A DNA stretch of 64,000 nucleotides from the NCBI GenBank assembly GCA_963778115.1, contig CAVZSV010000004.1, positions 1,792,001 to 1,856,000 of the forward strand. Reading direction: 5' to 3'. A model generated the notes under the pieces. That model saw nothing but the letters and a program-made list of their open reading frames with translations, had not been told where the DNA came from and searched no databases. Positions 42,425-52,125 of the stretch are shown here, piece after piece (positions within the stretch are counted from its first letter, which is position 1; the number at the start of each line of letters is the position of its first letter). The position numbers and the translations under genes were made by a program. This DNA comes from an uncultured delta proteobacterium (GTDB taxonomy: Bacteria > Bdellovibrionota > FAC87 > UBA2466).

Positions 42425-42681
42425 GCAGGTATCGAAAACCGTATTTAAAAAGAAAACGGAAAGGGTTTCGGGAGCGCGTGTTATTCCGACGAGAGGTCCC
42501 GGAAGTTGACGAGCATCTTTTCTCCTAAGTTGTTCTCCGAAAAAAGGTATCCGTGACTTTCAGTCCCCTTTGAAAATCAGTGAGGCCGGCCGCCCATGCG
42601 GCCGGAGAACCTTTATTTCTAAGGTAGACCAATCATCCCCCCTGTGCTAAACCCTTAAAATTCAACCGATTCCCCTTCTAT

Positions 42682-42768
42682 GGAGAGATGTCCGAGCGGT
42701 TGAAGGAGCACGCCTGGAAAGCGTGTATACCCGAAAGGGTATCGAGGGTTCGAATCCCTCTCTCTCCG
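42682..42768 (+). tRNA. tRNA-Ser (anticodon GGA)
   Basis: Acceptor GGAGAGA/TCTCTCC plus discriminator G; anticodon arm CACGC-CTGGAAA-GCGTG; long variable arm ATACCC-GAAA-GGGTAT; GGTTCGAATCC. CCA is not encoded at this position. Confidence 0.97.
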
Positions 42769-42920
42769 ATTGACCAATTTTGATTCCCTCGGACATTGGG
42801 AATCCCTTAACGATTAATCTCAAGATTAAACTTAACCTTCAGCGGCGTAGCCGCTCTGATAGAAGTATTCATCGCGATGACCCGTACCTTTTGGGCCCAA
42901 TCGGAGAGTGACACCTTTTC
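42761..42920 (+). repeat. tRNA 3'-end core plus conserved left arm, copy 1 (ends in a family A half-element)
   Basis: 42761-42844 is identical to 48959-49042; a diverged copy is at 45359-45495 and a partial copy at 47012-47061. Confidence 0.9.
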
Positions 42921-42961
42921 AACACCTTTTCACCTTTTCACTGAAGGAGAGTGACACCTTT

Positions 42962-43972
<1,011 letters not shown>

Positions 43973-44002
43973 CTATCTGCGACCAAGGAAAGTTATCATC
44001 TG

Positions 44003-44097
44003 AGTTCGATACCGTCACTCTGTCCCTCAAGGTTCTAGGCACGCTACGCAGCAAATCTGAAGCATTCAGTTAGAAAGTTCGCTAACTGTCTCCGCCA
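44003..44097 (+). repeat. Conserved right arm, copy 1, followed by TCTCCGCCA (tRNA 3' end with CCA)
   Basis: 44003-44088 aligns ungapped with 45267-45352 (69/86 identical by hand count); ends in inverted repeat CAGTTAG-N8-CTAACTG. Confidence 0.85.
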
Positions 44098-44120
44098 TTT
44101 TTGCCACAGGCAAAAATGGC
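44094..44120 (+). terminator. Perfect 12-bp hairpin directly after the displaced tRNA 3' end
   Basis: GCCATTTTTGCC-ACA-GGCAAAAATGGC. Confidence 0.55.
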
Positions 44121-44336
44121 CCTCTAATTTCAAAGCTCTAAAATCTCGAGCCAATCTCTGGTTTTTGTTTCTTCTACGTCTGCGATTTAAGACTCAGAAA
44201 TTAGCTCGAGCTCGAGATATTAGATATTAGTTAAGGAAGTCTTTTCAGATTGCCCTTAGAAGTACGCTCCGCTTTTGCCTTTCTTCACGCTCCCTAGTTT
44301 TTTTGACTACCCTTCCGAGCCGGATGAGAAAAACAT

Positions 44337-44699
44337 ATGGCGTTCTCATTCGAAAATCTTACGGCCTATAAAAGAGCCGTCCGAATAGCGGAATTGTCCG
44401 AGGAAATACGCAACGCCAGTCGTTCTAAGATAAGTAGAAATCTTTTAGATCAATTCTCTCGCGTGGCACTCTCCGTATCTCTCAATATCGCAGAAGGTAA
44501 CGGGCGTTGGCATGCGGCAGATAAACGTCAGTTCTTTTGGATTGCCAGGGGTTCTGCATTTGAATGCGTTCCCCTCATAGAAATTCTTCGTAAAACTGGA
44601 GTCATCAGCGAAGCTAAGTACCAAGAGTGCTATTCTTGCCTAGAAGAGATCTCCAAGACCGTCAGTGGGATGATTAAAGCTGTCGAACGGAAGGCGTAA
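44337..44699 (+). CDS. Four-helix-bundle protein (23S rRNA IVP / S23-like family)
   Basis: FSFENLTAYK...DQFSRVALSVSLNIAEG...FFWIARGSAFEC. Confidence 0.9.
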   Translation: MAFSFENLTAYKRAVRIAELSEEIRNASRSKISRNLLDQFSRVALSVSLNIAEGNGRWHAADKRQFFWIARGSAFECVPLIEILRKTGVISEAKYQECYSCLEEISKTVSGMIKAVERKA

Positions 44700-45219
44700 G
44701 CGACGTGTACCGACAATCCGGAAGAAATGCGCGAAGGCGAACTCCAAAGTAAGTTCCCTCGCCAACGTCCGTAAAACCGACCTTTCTTAGGACTCTTGCG
44801 GAGGCAATGTTTTCGGCATGGGCCACGTCTAGGATCCGATTGGTGAGATCATTCTCTTTAGCCCAGTTTAAGAGCGCCCGTGCCACCTCCGTCGCGTAAC
44901 CCTGACCCCAAAATCGTTTAGGGAAAGCATAGCCTAAATCGACCTCATCGGTTTCGGGAATAACGCTGGGGCCGGCCCGACCCATTATTTCTTTCGTTTC
45001 TCGATGTAAGACCATCCATTTGCTGAAACCGTATCGTTGTTGCTTATCGAGGTAGCGGTCCAAATCGTTTCGTACCGCCGCTTCGTCCTTGCGAACTCCT
45101 CCGACAAGGTAGCGCATGAAGTCCTCATTGAAGTGCATTTCGCACAGGGCAGCCAGATCCGAGGACTCGAGTTTTCGAAGGAGGAGACGTTCGGTAGTGA
45201 GAATGATTTCCACGGACAT
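44674..45219 (-). CDS. GNAT N-acetyltransferase (RimJ/RimL family)
   Basis: LTTERLLLR, DLGYAF...FWGQGYATE, ENIASARVLRKVGF. Confidence 0.9.
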   Translation of the reverse strand: MSVEIILTTERLLLRKLESSDLAALCEMHFNEDFMRYLVGGVRKDEAAVRNDLDRYLDKQQRYGFSKWMVLHRETKEIMGRAGPSVIPETDEVDLGYAFPKRFWGQGYATEVARALLNWAKENDLTNRILDVAHAENIASARVLRKVGFTDVGEGTYFGVRLRAFLPDCRYTSLTPSVRQL

Positions 45220-45266
45220 ACTCTAAGGGAATCTCTTCGTCCCGCAAAGGTACAGCGCTTCGCGCA

Positions 45267-45495
45267 AGTTCGATAGTGTCTCTCTGTCCGTTACGGACTT
45301 AGGCACGTCACGCCGCAAATCGCAGGCATTCAGTTAGAAAGTTATCTAACTGTGCCCGATTGACCAACTCCGATTCCCTCGCACGTTGGAAATCTCTTAG
45401 CGATTAATCTCAAAATTAAACTTACCCTTCAGCGACCTAGTCGCTCTAGTAGACGCCCATTCACCCCATGACCCGTTCCTTTTGGGCCCTAAAGG
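45267..45495 (+). repeat. Right arm copy 2 fused through a degenerate core (TGCCCG) to left arm copy 2
   Basis: Right arm 45267-45352, core 45353-45358, left arm 45359-45495; the left arm continues after the IS at 46997 (AGAGTGACAC). Confidence 0.85.
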
Positions 45496-46987
45496 CTAAT
45501 CATTGATCACATCTTTCTTTAGCGAGCCACCCTTTTTCTAGAGTCAATAGTTCTGTGAGGCCCTTTCCTAGTATTTTCCAACCTGGCGGGCCATTCTGCT
45601 TAAGGTGGCCGCCGAGCCTCGCAACGGCTGAAATTGCTTCTGCGACCGTAGGATTTTCTGGGATGGGAGTTTTTGAGACCGCTCGGAGAACCGATATTTG
45701 AGTCGGGGTTAACACTACTGTCGCCGGGGTGAGTGGCCGTTGCCTGGCTTCCGCTCGCAAGAGCAGCATTCGCCAGGCGATTGGGATAAAGATCGCCAAG
45801 GCATTGAAAATGGTATCTTTCGATTCGAGTTGCCGTTCTTCAAAGGCACATCCAGTTTTGATCGCCTTAAAATATTCTTCGATAAGCCATCTGGCTCGAT
45901 AGATATCGATCACCTTTTCGATATCCGCGGGCGTATTGGTAGACTCGGTAGTGAGTAATTTCCAATCAATCGGCTCTGTTCCCTCCGGCGGATTGGACTC
46001 AAAGACGTGGACAACGTTGAGTGTCACAGTCTTATTTAATCTTGCTCCATGATGGTGACCTCGTATTAGCTCCACCCTTGCCGCTGTCGCCGATAACATG
46101 GCGGTTCGTTGCTGACGAGCGGGGTAGTCTTTTCTGTTTTGAGGTAAGGGACTTTGTGCTCTTGTTCCAACTCGGACTTCTCGTTGAAGCTTTACCGGAG
46201 CGCTCTCGAGTGAGCTGTAAAGGCTCACTCCTTCTTCTAGGTTTTCGTCTGTAACCAAACGATCTCGGCAGACTCGAATCACGCAGCGACCAGATGAATC
46301 TTTTAGTTCAGAAAGTAACTCGAAGAAATCTGCCTCACGGTCCATCACGTGAATAGGTTTCGCTGCGAAGCCCAATCTCGATTCGCTGGCCACAATTCCT
46401 CGCATCCAACGCAGAGACTTTCTCGTCGGATCTTGTCGCGCTTTGGACGGGCTTTGGACGGGCTTTGATAGCCTTTCTTCTTCAGCTTAATCATTGGCTC
46501 AACCGCCACAACCCCAAGAGGTCGATGCAAACAAGATCCCACAACTAAGGAAAAATGCCCGTAGAAACCGTCTCCCGCGGAGCGACTACCACTGAGCAAA
46601 CCTAGCCCCTTACGTTTGGAAGGAAATTTGAACTCAGTCGTATCGTGGAGAACCAGAACTTCCTTTTCCAGTTTCGCTCGCAAAACCGTCTGCTCAAAAT
46701 GGGATGCTAAAATCGACTCCAAATTCACACGGGGATTACGCAGAAAACGGTAACCTCCCTCAATTCCAGCTCCTTCTCCTAAAAGCTTGGGTAAGGTCTC
46801 TTTAGGATCTTGGGCGATACCGTCAGACATGTCCATTAACCTCCGGGTGAGTCGCAGATCGCCAAAATTAGCCCCAGCGAACTCATTCGACATGGACGAA
46901 AAAAACTTAGGTTCAAGAGTATTACTCATCTAAATGATTGATCAAATTTCACAGAGAAAGGCAAGAAAAGATATGTATGATCCTTAG
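45496..46987 (-). mobile_element. IS4-family, IS50/Tn5-like insertion sequence (1492 bp)
   Basis: 19-bp ends CTAATCATTGATCACATCT and (reverse complement) CTAAGGATCATACATATCT resemble IS50 IE/OE; 9-bp target duplication CCCTAAAGG at 45487-45495 and 46988-46996. Confidence 0.93.
45500..46929 (-). pseudogene. tnp: IS4 (Tn5-like) transposase, frameshifted
   Basis: FGDLRLTRRL, LHDTT, MDREAD, YRARWLIEEYFKAIKTGC (YREK), LGGH...PPGW. Split by an 11-bp tandem duplication at 46440-46461; removing it gives one 472-aa frame. Confidence 0.9.
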
Positions 46988-47238
46988 CCCTAAAGGAGAG
47001 TGACACTTTAGCTTAGGATTAACACTTAAGATTAAACTTAACCTTCGGCGGCGTAGCCACTTTGGTTTGGTGACCATTCCGCACGCAACTTCAAATTCAA
47101 GCAGTCATTGGAGTTGCGGGTTACCCCGGAGATCTGCAGCGGCTACCTTCTTGGACGATAGTTTAACCTGGTTTCGATTTCCCTTAGCCCAGAGCTAGAG
47201 ATGTGCGACAGGTCAGTTTTCCTATGGAATACCGGCCG

Positions 47239-47272
47239 CGTTCCAAATGGGCCCTAAAGGAGAGTGGCACCT
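47239..47272 (+). repeat. Family A half-element, degenerate
   Basis: CGTTCCAAATGGGCCCTAAAGGAGAGTGGCACCT. Confidence 0.7.
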
Positions 47273-47292
47273 GTTCCTTAAGAGCAATTAGA

Positions 47293-47742
47293 CTAAGGGC
47301 TCTTTTTTTTCCACGGGGAGACTCCGGGATCAAAACTGCCGTCGGATTTGCACGGGCCGAAGCGATCGGTCTCTCCGCAGCCGATTCCGGTGGTCAACTC
47401 GCATTCTAAGGGGAGGGCCCATCCGTTGACGCTAAAGTCTTCTGTGCGCTCGTAGCGATGAAGGGTGAGGGTCACCTCTTTTGTTCCACTGTCTTGGAGG
47501 CGTTTGGCCCAGTCATTACAGTAAGCAGTGAAAGAATGGTAGGGGAATTCGGGAAACCGGAATTCGATCTCCTTCTGCGATTTTCCTTTTAGTGGGCCAG
47601 TTTCGTAGGTTCTAGCCCCTCCTAAGTACCAGGTTGCTCGTCTTACGATGGTTTCGTCGTCAAATTTCTTCGCTCCCCGCGCGATACTTAAAAGGGAAAG
47701 CAAAAAGAGTGCGACAGACAAAAGGCAGACCGCTTTTTTCAT
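47293..47742 (-). CDS. Small secreted hypothetical protein
   Basis: Signal peptide MKKAVCLLSVALFLLSLLSIARG; ATG overlaps the upstream stop (ATGA). Confidence 0.7.
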   Translation of the reverse strand: MKKAVCLLSVALFLLSLLSIARGAKKFDDETIVRRATWYLGGARTYETGPLKGKSQKEIEFRFPEFPYHSFTAYCNDWAKRLQDSGTKEVTLTLHRYERTEDFSVNGWALPLECELTTGIGCGETDRFGPCKSDGSFDPGVSPWKKKSP

Positions 47743-48593
47743 TTGAATTTCCGTCCCAATTTTAGTGATCCGTCTAGACGATGCCAAGATGACTTTAAGT
47801 GAATTGGTGGAGTCAAGATAGATCGATTTGCCGGTCCGATAAGCCCCATGAAGTTGGGTTTCCCCGTATCTTCGCCGAAGATACCGCGGGCTTTTGCGAT
47901 GGGAACCTGAAAGATGGTAATGACTGGACCGTTATCGACTTGAGCGTACATTTCGAACGCAGGGATCTCATCTACTTTTCCCACAAATTGTATCGTTAGG
48001 TCATTGAAATCCACAAATATTGTTCCGTGGTAATCCACCTTGGCGATGATGTCCGCCTCTGGGGTACAAGGATCTCCAGCCTCTGCTGCGACTTCGATTT
48101 GAAGCACGGCCCCGTCCCAACTTACGATCTGCATCCAGGGAACCGTTAATCCAAGCACATCTTTACCCCTCGTCCACTCTGTCGCGGTCTTGGTGCAGGT
48201 GAGCGCTCCTGTTTTGGGTTTTAGTTCTACCGTCATATCACTCTTATGAGTCTGTTCAAGCTTAGGAAAGATACCATTAAGTAATACGGTCCCTCGTGAG
48301 TGAAGTCGGGAACGGGCAGTTATCTCTTCAGAAAAATCTCGCTGATCAGTCAGATAGCCGAATCTATCTCCCAGCACCGGGTGAAAGATCATCGTCTTCC
48401 CCGCGTGAGGCCCCTCCTTTAATTGATGGGTCGCACCAGGCATTTCACCAGGAATGAAAGCATTAATCCAAAAAACCAATTTATTGATCGGAAGTTGTTG
48501 GACACATCGGATAGTGGTCATACGTTTCTGAAAAGCAGAAAACATGCCAGTTTCCCTAGGCCCTCTCACTGACCGAATTCGAGGATATGTCAC
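47739..48593 (-). CDS. DUF3238-like protein (start uncertain, possibly 48521 or 48545)
   Basis: WINAFIP...TDQRDFS...ARSRLHS and VDEIPAFEMYAQVDNG resemble DUF3238 as I recall it. Confidence 0.55.
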   Translation of the reverse strand: MTYPRIRSVRGPRETGMFSAFQKRMTTIRCVQQLPINKLVFWINAFIPGEMPGATHQLKEGPHAGKTMIFHPVLGDRFGYLTDQRDFSEEITARSRLHSRGTVLLNGIFPKLEQTHKSDMTVELKPKTGALTCTKTATEWTRGKDVLGLTVPWMQIVSWDGAVLQIEVAAEAGDPCTPEADIIAKVDYHGTIFVDFNDLTIQFVGKVDEIPAFEMYAQVDNGPVITIFQVPIAKARGIFGEDTGKPNFMGLIGPANRSILTPPIHLKSSWHRLDGSLKLGRKFK

Positions 48594-48904
48594 AGATCTG
48601 AGACGGATGGTGTCTCAAATGTGGTTTAACTCTACCAAATGTCACGACTTGTTTCCGTATAGAGAGCTCGGGCACCCGAGGTTAAAAATCGAATGATTTA
48701 TAGGAACTACCGCTCTTGCTCGTAACCGGAACTCCGAGATAAGTGTGACAGCTTTCAGCGCCTAAGACGATTACCGCGCAATGGGGCTACCGCGAGATCA
48801 GTACCCTTGTTCGAGAACGCCGAGAAACAATGAGCTGTCCGATGACCGGATAGCGAGAAACAGCGAGAACATCACGAGCCTAATTATAAAACGATTGAGA
48901 TTCT

Positions 48905-48966
48905 AGAGAGATGTCCTAAGCCGCCCAATGGATACACTCGGTTCGAAAGTCCAATACTTCTCTCCG
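48905..48966 (+). pseudogene. Degenerate tRNA-Ser remnant
   Basis: Keeps GAGAGATGTCC (tRNA positions 2-12), GGTTCGAA and TCTCTCCG, but lacks the anticodon and variable arms (62 nt versus 87 nt). Confidence 0.6.
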
Positions 48967-49054
48967 ATTGACCAATTTTGATTCCCTCGGACATTGGGAA
49001 TCCCTTAACGATTAATCTCAAGATTAAACTTAACCTTCAGCGTCGTAGCCACTC
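48959..49054 (+). repeat. tRNA 3'-end core plus left arm, copy 3
   Basis: First 84 bp are identical to 42761-42844. Confidence 0.92.
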
Positions 49055-49080
49055 AGGTGGAAGTTCACTTCACTTCGGCA

Positions 49081-49173
49081 AAGTGTCACTCTCCAATCGG
49101 ACCCGAAGTAGGGGTCATATCGAAACTCCCCATATGACCCGTTCCAAAAGGGCCCGCAAGGAGAGTGACACCT
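49081..49173. repeat. Family A palindromic element, full copy
   Basis: AAGTGTCACTCTCC...GGGGTCATAT [loop] ATATGACCCGTTCC...GGGCCC...GGAGAGTGACACCT. Confidence 0.88.
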
Positions 49174-49234
49174 TTTAATTGATTCCTTTATTTGATTTCG
49201 CTATATAGCGAGGCTCAAACGCTAAGGAGAGTCT

Positions 49235-50017
49235 ATGTGGAGCCGATTTGTTGTCGTTGTACTGGGTCTGTTTGCACTTTGTGCCTGTTCGTCGGTAAAA
49301 TCCGACGGTCCCGTCCCCCTCTTTCTTACCGTTGGGGAAGGTCCGGCGAAGTCGGCACCCCTCCTTGAAAAAGCGACGTTGGAAAACTACTTGAAGCGTG
49401 GAAACTCCTTAGAGGGTGCCAGAGTGACTGTGATTCCGATGACCTCGCCATTTCGTGTTTACGAAGCAAGGGCTCATGCCTTCAAGGTCGGAATGAACGA
49501 AGAAGAGTTTAGCGATCTAATGAAAGATCTTGAGAAGGAGCGACAAAGCGATGCATCCTGCTTTCGTTTCTCAGTTGGCTCCGATTCCTATGACGGCGCG
49601 AAACTGCAATTTTGGCAGTTTCATGTCACTGATTCAAACGGGACGGAGCCGATCTCGTTTGCCGAATTTTCCAGTCCCGAATCATTTACTTCTACTGGGG
49701 TCTACAGTACCGGTGGCTATGGAAAAATACCGGTCTCTGTCTCTTCATACACTACTACCAGGTATTACAACTACGGAGAGGGTTGTACCAAGCGTAGAAT
49801 CGATTTTTCAAAACCGGTTTCCATGCAATTAGAAGCCCGCTTCAACATGGATAAGAAAACAAAGACGATCTCTTGGAAACCAGTAGCGAACTGTTTACTA
49901 AAGGCGCCGTTCCAGGATTCGGAACCTATTACCCGGACGATCGATAGCGATTATTGCTGCAATACCAACAAAAGTTGTCTTGCCGGCTGCAGAACCTGTG
50001 CCACACAAGCTGAATAA
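49235..50017 (+). CDS. Hypothetical lipoprotein with Cys-rich C-terminus
   Basis: RBS AAGGAG; lipobox-like LCAC; tail YCCNTNKSCLAGCRTC. Confidence 0.75.
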   Translation: MWSRFVVVVLGLFALCACSSVKSDGPVPLFLTVGEGPAKSAPLLEKATLENYLKRGNSLEGARVTVIPMTSPFRVYEARAHAFKVGMNEEEFSDLMKDLEKERQSDASCFRFSVGSDSYDGAKLQFWQFHVTDSNGTEPISFAEFSSPESFTSTGVYSTGGYGKIPVSVSSYTTTRYYNYGEGCTKRRIDFSKPVSMQLEARFNMDKKTKTISWKPVANCLLKAPFQDSEPITRTIDSDYCCNTNKSCLAGCRTCATQAE

Positions 50018-50020
50018 CTC

Positions 50021-50129
50021 AAAAAGCGAAAAAGTGCCCGAAAAAGTGCCCGTCGAAAAAGTGCCCGTCGACTTCTGGGACCTCTCGTCCAACTGATACA
50101 CGGTCCCGAAAGTCGACGGGCACCTTTTC
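50021..50129. repeat. Second palindromic element (family B) with stuttered left end
   Basis: AAAAAGTGCCCGTCGACTTCTGGGACC (50056-50082) pairs with GGTCCCGAAAGTCGACGGGCACCTTTT (50102-50128); preceded by shorter tandem copies of its left end. Confidence 0.85.
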
Positions 50130-50141
50130 AGGCAAACCACT

Positions 50142-50156
50142 ATAAAAATCATCTAT
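50142..50156. promoter_or_regulatory. Putative LysR box upstream of the isonitrile operon
   Basis: ATA-N9-TAT (T-N11-A); a similar box lies in inverted orientation at 54896-54910, upstream of the lysR gene. Confidence 0.45.
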
Positions 50157-50225
50157 GATGAGTCGCTCATTTACCTATTATATTTAATGATGAAAAGGAG
50201 CTTATATGAAATAGGGGGGTAGGGA

Positions 50226-51299
50226 ATGACGCTTTTGGGAACATCACTAGAGTATTTGGAAGCATCCCCTATTTGCGAGCCCGCATATACCTCGCCGGTC
50301 TTTGATGACACGACGATCGCTAAAAGCATTCTAACGAATATCTTGCAATTTCGCCGTACTGCCAGCCCGCAATCAGAATGTGCCTCACATTCATGCCCCA
50401 AGTGCTTTCTACCGCATTTTCCGAAAATCATTTCTGCGGTTTCTCAAAGACAGCCAGTCACCTTTGTTTTACCGGCTTTCCCCGGCAAGTCTCCCAATCC
50501 AGCGAAAGTTCTTGGCACATTGCCGGATATGGCAGAGAGATGTGCCCTTGAGTTTCTTCAACACCTTTGCGACAGGGTTAGGAAATATTACGAACCTGGT
50601 GCTCGAATCATTCTGTGTTCTGACGGCAGGGTCTTTAGCGACGTAGTAGGCATGCCTGATGAAGCCGTGACCGGCTATCGGGAAGAGATTTCCAAAATGA
50701 TAGTGGGTTTAGGTCTCAACTCGCTTTCCACTTTCAATCTGGAGGAATGTTACGAGAACTTGAGTTTCGATGAGATGCGAGTTCACTTGATGGAGAGTTA
50801 TGGAGAGCCTCTGGAAACTCTTAAAGCCTCAGTCAGCAGGGGAAAAGCCCAGGACAGTGCCATCGATGACAAACAAGCCCATCGTCTTTACTGCGGTATC
50901 ACGCGCTTTCTGTTGGAAGACGCCATGTTCCCCGGTCAAAAACAAAGCCGCTCCGCCCTTCAAAAAGCGTGTCGAATCCGAGCATATACCGTCATTCAAA
51001 GAAGCCAGTCGTGGGGCAACCTAGTTGAAGAAACATTTCCCGACGCGGTCAGGCTCTCGATTCATCCTCAAAGTTGCGGCTCCAAGAAATTAGGCATTCG
51101 TCTTATTGAACCCGATAATTGGCAGACCCCATGGCATGGAGTGGCGGTCCAGGTGGACGGACGTTATATACTTCTTAAACGATCTCAGGCAGAAGCGCTT
51201 GGGGCGCACCTCGTAACCCGATTTGGTCGTCCGAGTCATTATGAACTCACCGATAAAGACGGACTCCAAAGGCTGTTGGGAGAGAGACATGACGTCTAA
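50226..51299 (+). CDS. pvcA: L-Tyr/L-Trp isonitrile synthase (PvcA/IsnA/Dit1 family)
   Basis: FVLPAFPGKSPN..KVLG.LPDMAE, ILCSDGRVFSD, RSQSWG, VRLSIHPQ...KLGI, WQTPWHGVAV. Confidence 0.93.
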   Translation: MTLLGTSLEYLEASPICEPAYTSPVFDDTTIAKSILTNILQFRRTASPQSECASHSCPKCFLPHFPKIISAVSQRQPVTFVLPAFPGKSPNPAKVLGTLPDMAERCALEFLQHLCDRVRKYYEPGARIILCSDGRVFSDVVGMPDEAVTGYREEISKMIVGLGLNSLSTFNLEECYENLSFDEMRVHLMESYGEPLETLKASVSRGKAQDSAIDDKQAHRLYCGITRFLLEDAMFPGQKQSRSALQKACRIRAYTVIQRSQSWGNLVEETFPDAVRLSIHPQSCGSKKLGIRLIEPDNWQTPWHGVAVQVDGRYILLKRSQAEALGAHLVTRFGRPSHYELTDKDGLQRLLGERHDV

Positions 51300-52125
51300 G
51301 ATAACGCGAATTTCGCCTTTCGGTCTGTGTCTCGAACCTCAACATCCCGACGACCCAATAGATAGTCTACCTATAACCGTGCTACGCGAGCTTGTTTGGC
51401 GGGAACGTCTAGTCATCTTACGGGGATTTCGCACCTTTAGCGGAGCGGACGATTTTGCAAAATACTGCGAACGTTGGGGCGAAATCAGCCTTTGGCCCTT
51501 CGGAAAGGTGCTTGAGCTCGTAGAGCAAAATAACCCAGAAGATCACATTTTCGATAACAACTACGTTCCCCTGCATTGGGACGGAATGTATCGACCGCAA
51601 GTTCCAGAGTTTCAACTTTTCCACTGTGTGCGGGCGCCCGAATTCGGTCAGGGAGGGCGAACCACCTTTTCAAACACGGTACAGGCGCTAGAACGTGCGC
51701 CTTCTCAACTAAAGGATCTCTGGAAAAAAATTACGGGCATTTATCAGCGAAAGATGGAGTTTTATGACAGTAAAACCGTCTCCCCCATTATTGATTCACA
51801 TCCGCGCCGCAGTCTCTCTGTCATTCGATATAACGAACCTCCCCTTGAGGGGTGTGGCCGTTTTGTGAACCCCCCCCTTCTCGAATTCACTGGCGTTAGC
51901 AACGAAGAGATTGCTGAATGTCACCGCACTCTCCGAGAGACCTTATATGCGCCAGAGAATTTCTATGCCCACGAATGGCGCGAGGGAGATCTTGTGGTGG
52001 CAGACAATTTCTCACTTTTACACGGGCGCGAAGCTTTTGAAACGAAAGCTCCGAGACACCTTCGCCGAGTACATGTGTTAAGCCAACCTCCTTTGGATAA
52101 TCAACACTTGGTGTCTTACCAATGA
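51289..52125 (+). CDS. pvcB: TauD/TfdA Fe(II)/2-oxoglutarate dioxygenase (PvcB/IsnB)
   Basis: PLHWDGMY (HxD), GGRTTF, HEWREGDLVVADNFSLLHGREAF...RHLRRV. Confidence 0.92.
   Translation: MTSKITRISPFGLCLEPQHPDDPIDSLPITVLRELVWRERLVILRGFRTFSGADDFAKYCERWGEISLWPFGKVLELVEQNNPEDHIFDNNYVPLHWDGMYRPQVPEFQLFHCVRAPEFGQGGRTTFSNTVQALERAPSQLKDLWKKITGIYQRKMEFYDSKTVSPIIDSHPRRSLSVIRYNEPPLEGCGRFVNPPLLEFTGVSNEEIAECHRTLRETLYAPENFYAHEWREGDLVVADNFSLLHGREAFETKAPRHLRRVHVLSQPPLDNQHLVSYQ

Noticed and set aside
44337..44699. Four-helix-bundle gene as the Avd of a diversity-generating retroelement
   Set aside because: No reverse transcriptase or TR/VR pair differing at adenines is visible; it fits the common stand-alone family.
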